Shown: positions 1 to 10,569 of the stretch, piece by piece
Position numbering within the stretch: the stretch's first letter is position 1
Layout of the letters: the number at the start of each line of letters is the position of its first letter
Source: Octopus sinensis
Taxonomy: Eukaryota
Reading direction: 5' to 3'
Length of the DNA: 64,000 bases
NCBI RefSeq assembly: GCF_006345805.1
Contig: NC_043018.1
Location: forward strand, 2,666,001 to 2,730,000
The notes under the pieces: model-generated
Databases searched by the model: none
Seen by the model: only the letters and a program-made list of their open reading frames with translations
What the model was told of the DNA's origin: nothing
Program-made: the position numbers and the translations under genes

Positions 1-94
1 TTTATTGCTACATTTTCACTTTTTGTCTTTCTGTTTTTTCTGCTTCTCCATTCATCCATCCATCTTCCGCTCTCTCCTTCTTTCTCTCTCTCTC

Positions 95-139
95 TCTATC
101 TATCTATCTAAATATCTATCTGTCCATCTATCCATCTAT

Positions 140-219
<80 letters not shown>

Positions 220-443
220 TTATTCTTTTTATTTTTTATTCTATTTAAAAAAATTTTTTTTTGTTCTTTTCTTCCCTTTTACGATCCCTCTTGATCGAAA
301 ACCTACGCCACCCCCTTTTTTTCATCCCCCAAAAGAAAAGCTCTACCTTGTAACTTGTCCCATCTATGTGCAGCCCTGTGTGGCCAATAAAGAAACTTAT
401 CTATCTATCTATCTATCTATCTATCTGTCTATCTGTCTATCTG

Positions 444-507
<64 letters not shown>

Positions 508-750
508 GTTATTTATGTACCTACCTATTTATTTATCTCTCTATCTCTGTCTTCTCTTTTCCATTCAATCTTTCTTGATTTCTTTTTATGCTGAGCATTC
601 TTTTCAACACGCGTATCTGTATCATGCTTTATAGTCGAATTTTTGCAGCAACATATTCTATATACGTTTGTTTGTTTGTATGTATGTATGTATGTATGTA
701 TGTATGTATGTATGTATGTATGTATGTATGTATCTAGCTAGCTAGCTAGC
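95..750. repeat. (CTAT)n and (TATG)n microsatellite cluster
   Basis: Long ctat arrays at about 95-220 and 397-507, and a tatg array at about 677-732. These explain the spurious LSIY-repeat ORFs. Confidence 0.95.
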
Positions 751-2028
751 TATCTATGTATCTTTTCTGCTACCCTTCTATTCTTTCAATGCTTAGCGTC
801 ATTTCTTAAAAACCTTAACGTTTGAAGTTCGTATTCCACTCTGAGGGCGACTCTGCCTTTCATCCATTCGGCGTCGATAAATTAGTTACTCGTCGAGCAC
901 TGAATTCGATGTAATCAATTAAACCTCCCTTGCTTCTCTGCCCGTCCGTCTGTCTGTCTCACCCCCACTCTCTTTTTTGTGTCTCTCCCCTCCCCTCTCT
1001 AAAATTTCTGTCCGAGTCTCTCAGTTTGAAACCAGCAATTATTACTACTACTAATATTCTGTGACATGTCTTTCCTTTCGAATATGGCGATTGATTTTGT
1101 GAGAAATCTTAGAGTCTAAACGGTCACTTTGACATGTTCTAAATGTCACAAACCCGCTATTTTGAGACAGGAACCAAATACAGGATGATGTAGTGTTAGG
1201 CAATGAATGTACGCAGGCGTCTGATGGTTACAGCTGGAACGTTTTTGATCATGACTTTCATGATCAGGACTAACATTTGCAAACGATATTAAATTCAAAC
1301 CTTAATGCCAACGAATACCGCCAACGATAAATTTATTCATTGATTACTCAACATGGCAGCAATGGCAGCGGAGGCTTTCTCAGATCACGCCTGACTATTT
1401 CACGAAAGGACATCTTTGTAAGCGTACTGGGTTGTTTCCTGCTCGTAGGATAAAACGTGAATGTTACGTCTGCAAAGCATGGACGATAGTTCAGCGCGAT
1501 TAGGAATGGGCTCAACAAGAACAACAACAACATCAATGAAGCATCGACCCAGCGGGTTTGCTTCTATGTGGTCTGTTAACTTGCTTGAGATAGCAACCAA
1601 ATATCAACCAAATCACACGGTAGAAACTTTGACAAGAACATTTTCGATAATAAAGCCCTGCGTTCCTTCATATAGAAAAAGATGGAATGGACACGGATGG
1701 AGTGTATCTCTGACCAACTTATTTAGGAATAATTTGGGTGTCAACTCTACAATCGATAAAGAAAACACGTAGTTTTTAAAACAAGAAAACATCTTAAAAC
1801 AGTGATGAACATATAACATAATGCATTTCTTGATAGATTATTCCCGGATATAGATGTGACTGGCATGGTCGGAACACCTTTTATGATATTTGTTTATAAG
1901 AGCTGACATGGTGTAAACTACGAAACAAAATGCTTCTAAAAACAATATTTACACAAATCAAAAAGTATCGTTCTACATTGCTATGCAACCAAAACTCTGA
2001 GAGGAGTCTTACATTTTTAACCAATATA

Positions 2029-2208
2029 GGCGCAGGCGTTGGTGTATGGTAAAAATAATTGCTTCTCAACCTCATGGTTTCGGGATTGGTCCCACTATGT
2101 GGAACCTTGGCAAAGTGTGTTCTACTATAGCCTCTGGCCGAATAAAGCCTTGCGAGTGAATTTGTTAGATGGAAACTGAAAGAAACCCGTCGTATGTACA
2201 TACATATG

Positions 2209-2266
<58 letters not shown>

Positions 2267-2505
2267 GTGTGTGTGTGTGTGTGCGTGTGTGTGTGTGTGT
2301 GTGTGGTGTGTTTGCCCCGCTATCACTTGACCACTGCTGGTGTGTTTTTACGTCCCCGTAAGCTAAAGTTTCGGCAAAGGTGCATGACAGAATGAATAGC
2401 AGGCTTTCGAAAACAAAATACTGCGCGGTGGATTAATTTGACTAAAATGCTTCACGGTGGTGCTGCAGCATGGCCTCAGGCAAATGACAGAGACAAGCAA
2501 AAGAC
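2029..2505 (+). mobile_element. tRNA-derived SINE, family A, diverged copy
   Basis: Head ggcgcaggcgttggtgtatggt, body ...ggaaactgaaagaaacccgtcg, internal (TA)/(TG) tract and tail cagcatggcc...gagacaagcaaaaga. Homologous to the copies at 7491, 12484 and 49371. Confidence 0.85.
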
Positions 2506-3747
2506 AAAGTTAAAACAGTCGGTTTATATATTTAATGTCATCTTTAATTGAAGGAGCATCTAACTCGACACAGGAACGTTTAATTGTGATGAGAACTATT
2601 GGTACACTGGATACTGCAACATATGTAGTGTATGACCAAAGACATGAAAGACGAGTTGGTCATGGCTGGAAATAAATCTGATCAGAGATTAGATCAATCA
2701 CCCTTGTCCTGGATGTGAAAGTAATAATGCCAACGGATGCACACATGGTACAGATGGCCGTTCGCTAGAGGTTCGAATACTTGTGCATATAGGCAGCGCT
2801 TATGTATATTGTGAATCTTGTACATTGTTTTCCCCCGAAGGGAAAAGAAATCACACGAAAAATAACTTCCTTACAGCAATTAGAACTTACTATGCTTCTG
2901 TTTGCATATGAGAGTTATTGTGTCTTTCTGCGTTTGTGAATAGTTAACGTTGGATGTGCTTGGGTGTGCCTGAATAAAATGTGCTTCAACAGCTCTGGAA
3001 CATCGATCTGTACTTTTGCGAAACGAAGAAAGAAAACAAAAAAAGATTTAGAAAAAAGTAAAGAGAAAAATAATAGCATGGAGAAACAACCCAAAACAAA
3101 CACAAAATCACAAGGGGGGGGGGAACAACCCAATAATACACAAAGAGAAAACCCATAAGTGATTGCAGAAAATATGGAGACTTCCCATTTCACAAAAGAA
3201 CCAGTGAATAAGTACGAGTAAGTAGGAAATAAGGCAGCTAGGAATATGCGTTTGTGAAAATAGCTGTTAGATCAGGTTTAACAGAGTGAGAGAAAAACGG
3301 CGTAAAAGAGCCAGGAAAATCACGTCGAAGTTGTTAGACTGAAAAGATGAATGGCGTATATTTGAACTTTTGCCATCCTTTGGTTAATTGCACCAATTAT
3401 TCTGAGAAATCATTGTGAGGTTTTTTTATCATTTTTATTTGCCGTTTTTATTATTGTTTGTTTTTTCTATTGTTGGTTATTTATTTTTCCTACTATTTGT
3501 TTGGTGTATTGGATATTGTATAGTCTATATTGTTTCCATTTACGTTTATACATACTTATATACATATACACGCACACACACACATTTGTATTTAGATATA
3601 TGTAGACATATGTATGCAAATACTAATTCGTACACACAGAGACACATACAAATATATATATATATATATATATACCTACAAATAACTATGCATATATGTA
3701 TACATTAGATATACATGTATGTGCATATACCTATTATATATTTATAT

Positions 3748-3784
<37 letters not shown>

Positions 3785-3988
3785 ATAAACATATGCACTT
3801 ACAAGCACAGACACGTACATATATATGTATATATAGTATATATATATGGGTATGTATATATATATACGTATGTACATATGAATGATACAAACACGCAGCA
3901 TAAAGCCATACCCACATAAAAGCGCATAGTCGCACATACACATCATTCATGAAAACACACGCACACACATATCCATTTGTATATATAA

Positions 3989-4033
<45 letters not shown>

Positions 4034-4342
4034 TCTGTATATTTATTGGGGAGGCGCGTGTTTATCAATTGTTGAACTTTATGTATATCATTTCTTTGTT
4101 GTATTGTAGTCAACTCCCATTATTTGTTTATATATATTTTTTGTTAAGTCGTATGTTTTTATATTTCGTTTTTACACATCATGAAACAATTTCCATTTAA
4201 AGCAGCTCCATGAATGTGAAATTCCTAAAATTGGCTTCTACCGTTTGTAAAGAGAGCAACTTCTGCATACGTCCATACATATATATATATATATATATAT
4301 AGAAATGGATACATACATACAGAGTCATATATATAAAATACG

Positions 4343-4377
<35 letters not shown>

Positions 4378-4478
4378 CATATGTTTGTATCTATGCATAT
4401 ATGTATGTATCCATATATATACGTATATACATGGATACATACATATATGCATGGATACAAACATATATATATATATAT

Positions 4479-4543
<65 letters not shown>

Positions 4544-4728
4544 CATGGTTACATACATATATGTAAATGCATGAATATATATATATATATATATAATATA
4601 TATATATATATATGTATATGTATAATGATAATACTAATACTACTACTACTAATAATAATAATGGTAATACTAATAATAATAATAATAATAATAATAATAT
4701 TAATAATATAATGATAATAATAATAATG

Positions 4729-4765
<37 letters not shown>

Positions 4766-6119
4766 TAATAATAATAATAATAATAATTATGATAATGATG
4801 ATGATGATGATGATGATGATACATCTGTGTGTTTGTTTGTTAGTTTGTGTGTCTGCGTGTGTACAGATGTGTAATTCTCAATGTAAGTATACATCTGCGC
4901 ATATATGCGTACCTATTTGTATGAGAGTGTGTGAGTATGCATGCACGTGTATGTGTGTGCATATATTTATATGTCCTTTTGTGCACAGAGTCTTCTCTTT
5001 AAATTTATCTCATTTCGTGTACGTAACATATAAAACATCATGGAAAAACTTCACACATTCATACCCAACTTGAAATATACAAATATATACACATGACTTG
5101 GCATATCTCTAACTGAACATACATGCGCACTTGTGTGTTTTTCGTGTGAATATATCTCTAGGGACATATATACACAGACACGTACTCGAACACGTATCTA
5201 CAAGCGTATGTACGCATAAATATGTTTGTAAGATACTTAATGACACATGAGCAGACATACTTATATATTTAAATTGACACAAACTCCTGGATAGAATCAT
5301 AGATACACTTGTGCTAAGCCATATAAATCCATGCATTGAAGCACATAGATATTATATATACCGTCACGGAAATGGGGAAAATGTGAAGGGAATAAAATGC
5401 AAAAGACTTGCACCGACGAATTTGAATTGCTTATTATTCTAAGCAGTCTTTTCGTTGGCAGCAATTTAACAGGATGTTTGGGAGATGGGAATAACAGGTG
5501 TAGAGCTCATGACAAAAGACACATAAACTCTCGAAATAGCGATAAGAAAATCCTATGAAATTAAAGCTGTAAATGTTTTTGCACGAGTGTTAGAAGAGAG
5601 CAGCCACACCTTGAAATCTTACAAGATCTGTGTGAGAAGACCGCGAAAAATCCGTATTTAATCAATAATCTCGCCTAAAATTGGATAATATTCACGCGCT
5701 GGCTCCACATTGTAAATACTTTTCTCTTTCGAGTTTACTTTAAGTTTAAATGAAGATGGTGACAGAAAGAATAATAGCAATAACGAAGACAACCTAAAGA
5801 ATGTAAACAACAGCGGCGGCGATTACAACAAAAACAACAAATTAGGAAATGACGTTAATCATTAAAGAAATTTTTTTTTTCATAAATAATTGAAAAATAA
5901 ACAATGATACAAGACAAAAACTGTATTGATATTCGATGGATTTCATTGATTGTGATTATTTTACCGGTACATATCTATTGATTCTGGCAAGAAACAATCA
6001 CGGTAATGAACCTCGACATAACTTGCAAGGAACCACAAGGGCACGTGACCCAGATAACAAATTACTAATGTAATACTGAGTTCTATATTTGTGTATAGCA
6101 ATTGCTTCAAATATAGTTT

Positions 6120-6660
6120 ATTACTTTATTTGACTCAAATCCGGACTGCTGCCCTTTGTGCCCCAACATGTGGTCTTCCCATACAAAACAAAACATTTCG
6201 AGAATTGAATCCCCCAAAGGACATTCACTAAGGGAAGTAAAAGCATCTCTGATCTCGATTATTGGGACTTCTTTAAAGCATTGAAACACTATTCCCTCCA
6301 GCACCGCCGTCAGCGATACAAGATTTTCACAATATGAAGAATGTACCACAAGAATTGCCGCAACAGCCTTAACATTAGTTTCAGAATTCAATCAAGGTAG
6401 GATAACTTTCCACACGTCACCTAAACAATTCAAAGATGGCAACACATAAAGACACCGCAACGCATAAAGACACCGCAACACAATTTCGTTTACTCAACAG
6501 GGTCTTCCCTATTTAACATTGTTCCAAAACATTTCAAAGAGGAAAAATACCCCGTTACCTTTGAACGGAATCTGGACAAAATTCTTCAAGAGATAACAGA
6601 TAAGTTACGTATATCTAGAAACAACTCCCTCAGCATGATCTCCCTACTTGAATGGGTCAT
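6120..6660 (+). mobile_element. Decayed CR1/L2-group LINE, C-terminal RT region
   Basis: Translation across stops and shifts gives DCCPL..WSSHTKQNISRIE, DLDYWDFFKALKHYSLQHRRQRYKI and LFNIVPK...FERNLDKILQEITD. These resemble the YW.RL..L.LYSL.RRR.R and LFN.LP...FK..LD motifs of CR1-group ORF2. Confidence 0.75.
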
Positions 6661-6759
6661 GATATCAAAACATTTGACTTTAAAAGGGTTTAGCAAATCT
6701 GAACAGGATTATATTAAATTGACATGGCCTAGGCCAATCTTTGGTTGAAACAATCTAAG

Positions 6760-6823
<64 letters not shown>

Positions 6824-7212
6824 GGGAAAGTTTACGAAAAAGACAAAAGACGAAGACAGGTGATGTACAAAGCAAACAGATGTATTAGTATAACACTCAG
6901 GAATAGAAAAAGTCTTTTACGTTCGAGCCTACGCTCTTCTACGGAATGGGACACAGAGAAAGAAGGCGAGAAAAAAATGTGTGTACTCGCTAACGATCTA
7001 TCTATATGCTTGAGCATATGTATGTATATATCGATATGTGTGTGTTTTATATGTATATCTGTAATATTAGCAAACAATATATGTTTATCTTAACACGTGT
7101 TGGGTGCATGTGTGTATGTGCGTGTGTTTGCATATGTATATATATAAATCACATTTTCGGGGACTTCATATATCTGTTAAAATGTCTCTTTCATGAGTAC
7201 CGCTATTTATAT

Positions 7213-7298
7213 TCTCCCTGAAGATATTTATACAAGCTGACCATACTTTATGCTATCGGATACATTTTAGATGCGTCCATCGAAACATGTGTAGGAGA
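7213..7298 (+). ncRNA. Degenerate type I hammerhead ribozyme-like motif
   Basis: TCTCC-CTGAAGA-(57 nt)-GAAAC-ATGT-GTA-GGAGA. The core, GUA triplet and 5-bp stem I are present, but the base of stem II does not pair. Confidence 0.35.
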
Positions 7299-7490
7299 TA
7301 TGAAGATATAAATGATTTAATAGTATTTTGAGCGTTTGTTTCCATTTTCTATTTTTCATGTTTTTCTCCTAAACGCCTCTTGCTTGTCCCCGGATTCAAA
7401 TCCCAAACATACGTGTCCATTGTTTCTTAGGTCACTTAAACAAGATTTAGCTACCTTGGAATTATTCCCTCGGATCCTATTGTACACTTA

Positions 7491-7881
7491 TACTCTTTTA
7501 CTCTTTTACTCTTTTACTTGTTTCAGTCATTTGACTGTGGCCATGCTGGAGTACCACCTTTAGTCGAGCAAATCGACCCCGGAACTTATTCTTTGTAAGC
7601 CCAGTACTTATTCTATCGGTCTCTTTTGCCGAACCGCTAAGTGACGGGGACGTAAACACACCAGCATCGGTTGTCAAGCAATGCTAGGGGGACAAACACA
7701 GACACACAAACACACACATACATATATATATACATATATACGACAGGCTTCTTTCAGTTTCCGTCTACCAAATCCACTCACAAGGCTTTGGTCGGCCCGA
7801 GGCTATAGCAGAAGACACTTGCCCAAGATGCCACGCAGTGGGACTGAACCCGGAACCATGTGGTTGGTTAGCAAGCTACTT
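7491..7881 (-). mobile_element. SINE family A, body and tail of a copy split by a nested insertion
   Basis: Reverse-complement family A sequence from the (TACTCTTT)n tail through ...ccgggttcagtcccactgcgtggcatcttggg. It stops abruptly at gttagcaagctactt (7867-7881). Confidence 0.95.
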
Positions 7882-8053
7882 TATTTCAAAACATTTGCCA
7901 TAAAGGCAGTACACAGATTAAGTTAGCTTTGCGGGCTGGACGAGGACATTAATGAAGTGAATGATAATGAAAGAAAGATGATAAGGATGGGAGAAGACAG
8001 AAAGCGCCCGCCGACTTTTGCTTCTCTAAAACATTGTTCTTTTTAAGATAAAC

Positions 8054-8178
8054 ACAAAACGAGGTATTAACCTCTTACAATTTTTCCAATTTGGACTTAG
8101 CAGTCCATTATTAATACAAAACGAGGTATTAATCCTCTTACATTTTTCAATTTTTGGACTTAAGTCCATTACTAATAA
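8054..8178. repeat. Two ~62-bp tandem units, each with two small inverted repeats
   Basis: Units start with acaaaacgagg at 8054 and 8116. Each contains GAGG-N6/7-CCTC and TGGACT-N-AGTCCA. Confidence 0.9.
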
Positions 8179-8797
8179 TACATAGCTTGTGCCCGCGCCC
8201 TCCACCATCAACCACGCCTCCCTCAGAACGTAGTCAAGTTCCGAGTTCCCGTCGCCCGGGACCAAGTTATAATCTTCATTGAGCTCCTTTAGCCCTAGCG
8301 TCACGTCGAACGCCACGGCCTCCACAGCTACCTGCGGAGGCCATTCGGGGTCCTGTGTGAAGGCTAAAGGTGCTCCCTTGTAGTGCTCTTCCATCACTTT
8401 TTCAATTTCTCCTCCTCTATAGAAGAGGACCAATACATTTAGTTCTTTCGTTGGCGGCACAGTTTCCGCCAACGGTATTCCTTCTCTTGTCGGTGGCACA
8501 ACCCCAACCGACGTAGTTCCGCGACATTTCGGTGCTACACTGACTGCCGGTATGTCCCGTTTTTCTTCTTTTTCTTTTTCTTTTTTTTCCCTTTTCAACT
8601 GAGGGAGGGTGCGTCTCCTCCGTGGCTGGAAGATTCGCCTTCCTCTCCTCATCCCTATTATCCTTTGGTGCCACCCATTGTTGCTCACTTCCTCTTTCGG
8701 TCTCCTCGTTGAGGAGTCCTCTGCTTTCTCGGCCGTTATCGTTCCCTCTCTAGAGGGGTTTTACTTAACTGTTCCGGGATCCTTTTTGTTCCCGAGG

Positions 8798-8839
8798 ACA
8801 GTTCTTCTTTATGTGGCCGGACTCCAAGCACCGATGACA
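8798..8839 (-). other. CX2CX4HX4C zinc-knuckle coding motif (CHRCLESGHIKKNC)
   Basis: Minus strand tgt cat cgg tgc ttg gag tcc ggc cac ata aag aag aac tgt, preceded by EGRPPE. It lies outside the ORFs called in the track. Confidence 0.9.
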
Positions 8840-10086
8840 CTCAGGGGGGCGACCCTCAAGCATCACCGGGTACCTGCACCCGGCCATTTCAAAAAAAATC
8901 TGGAAGAACCAGATTGGCTGATTGGGTCCACAGGGTCAAAATTGCTTTTGACCCACACAAGCAGCCGCAGAAGAACTTTTACATTGAGGACTTAGTTTCG
9001 CTGTCACCCAGACCCCGGCGGATAGTCTCCTCTATCCACTCGGTTTCTATGTCGGGTGGCAGTCCCGCAGATCCAAGCTTTCATCAATTTTTTTTTTGTA
9101 CGTGGGCAGGAATAAGATTTCCTTACCCTCCAGGGGTTTGCTAGCCTCTTCAGGGGTCAAATAGCAACCACACCGTTGCATATTTGACACCCTGGAAATG
9201 AATTTAATTGTTGGCAATACTCTTCCAACTCCTTTTTCAATTGCCGTCTTTTCGAATAGGGCGATGGTGTCAAGTGCCTTGGAGTAGGTTCTCAACACCA
9301 CCGTCCTATCTTCACGGTCTTTTACCACTTTTTGGGTGGTATGATTTCCCCACTCCAAAATTTTGTTATTTTTCATTGCCATGTTTTTTTTAAAAATATA
9401 TTCAAATTAAACTCAAAAGCAGGAAGAAAAAAGTTCAAAAGTCTAAATAAAATTTGTAGATTTTTGAAAAAAACAAAAAGGAGAAAGCACAACAGAAGGG
9501 AAGAAATTAACGGAAAGTCGCAATAAGAAAAGAAAACAAAAGGGGGGGGGGTTAAATGAAGTTCAAAGAAAGTTAATAAACAGAAAAAACACAGCAAAAT
9601 ATTCTGGCCTTGCGGTACTCCCCGCCTGGGTTGAACCTGGAACGACGCAACTGCAAACACAACCTCCACAAAAATGGGTCCGAAAGGTAATCCAATAGTG
9701 GCTTATTTTTATAATTTTCTTGCGAAGTACTCTGACAAGGGAATAAATTCAGCAAACTCAAACACAGCACTGGCTACTGCCAACGGTAATTTTAACAGTA
9801 ACTGTATGAATTCTGAGTATAGACGCCCCTCCACTGTTTTTTTCTTTTTTTTTTTTCAATGAACACAAAAACGGCAGCCGCCTAGCGCAGGCGAAATTGT
9901 CTCAGAGTTGCACACAACCTACTGAAATAATAATTGGCACGCAATAAATTATGCCCAACTCACGATAAACAAAATCACTTACCTCGACAACTTTCCGTTT
10001 TTGGTCTTTTTTCTTTAGTTGGACAGAGCTTGTTACTCACGTCCACTCTAGCTCAACAAGAAGCAACCGACTAACTGCGCATGTGC

Positions 10087-10124
10087 GTTAGCAAGCGACT
10101 TACCACACAGCCACTCCTGCGCCC
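10087..10124 (-). mobile_element. SINE family A, 5' head (A box) of the split copy plus second TSD copy
   Basis: Minus strand gggcgcaggagtggctgtgtggt-aagtcgcttgctaac, the missing 5' end of the SINE at 7491-7881. Confidence 0.95.
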
Positions 10125-10155
10125 TATATATTATATATATATAATATATATATAT

Positions 10156-10187
<32 letters not shown>

Positions 10188-10443
10188 CTCGATTCAAGGA
10201 TGTCAATCTTCATTGGGGATTAATAATCCAAAAATTCCACTGGTTAATTACTATCATATAAGAAAGAAAGTCTGGACGATATGTTAGGGATTATCATAGT
10301 AATACATATCATTAATAATGAAAGAAAAAAAAATAAAGAATTATGGGTTTATAATTAATGAATTTGTATGATATTTGGTTGATAGTTTTTTTTTTATAAA
10401 ATACAAGTAAATTATAAAGGTCAAAAAAGGAATGGCAGGTGCC

Positions 10444-10569
10444 AAAATCCTACATATGTTTCGATTCATGCCTCCAAGCAATTCGTAATTCTAAGCATTT
10501 GAGTAGGGTCAAATGTAAACAATCGGTCATCCTTTTCAACTATATGGTGTAGAATCTCATCAGGGTTTT
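10444..10569 (-). ncRNA. Type I hammerhead ribozyme motif with 84-nt insertion in stem II (PLE terminal-repeat type)
   Basis: Minus strand AAAACC-CTGATGA-GATTC-(84 nt)-GAATC-GAAAC-ATAT-GTA-GGATTTT. Intact core, 5-bp stem II, palindromic stem III ACATATGT, GUA triplet, and stem I with one bulge. Confidence 0.7.

Larger units (their letters stand above)
8026..9382 (-). pseudogene. Frameshifted gag/ORF1-like nucleic-acid-binding protein (about 450 codons if reconstructed)
   Basis: ATG at 9382 in AAAACATGG context. Mosaic reading: MAMKNNKILEWG..DREDRTVVLRTYSKALD..LFLPTY / AWICGLPPDIETEWIEETIRRGLGD / FEMAGCRYPVMLEGRPPECHRCLESGHIKKNCPR / basic-acidic linker / ELNVLVLFYRGGEIEKVMEEHYKG..LDYVLREAWLM. 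Several frame switches fall at homopolymer runs. Confidence 0.75.
7882..10086 (-). mobile_element. 2.2-kb gag/ORF1-only retroelement (HAL1-like candidate) nested in a SINE, with 15-bp TSD
   Basis: Flanked by gttagcaagctactt (7867-7881) and gttagcaagcgactt (10087-10101). Removing the insert and one repeat restores a contiguous SINE head. Contains a ~700-nt 5' UTR, a gag-like frame with a CCHC knuckle and a short 3' UTR ending ...GAAATAA. No APE or RT motifs seen. Confidence 0.85.

Noticed and set aside
1400-1600. TIR-like phrase DVVVVLVEPIP (and IIFILLVEPI at 45150-45190)
   Set aside because: Only a short hydrophobic resemblance. In-frame stops lie nearby and no TIR box 1 or box 2 is present.
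7882-10086. Alternative reading of the insert as an LTR retrotransposon, DNA transposon or host retrogene
   Set aside because: No terminal direct or inverted repeats, and the 15-bp TSD is too long for LTR elements. A retrogene would normally lack an intron-like 5' UTR and have a poly-A tail. It is not fully excluded without copy-number data.
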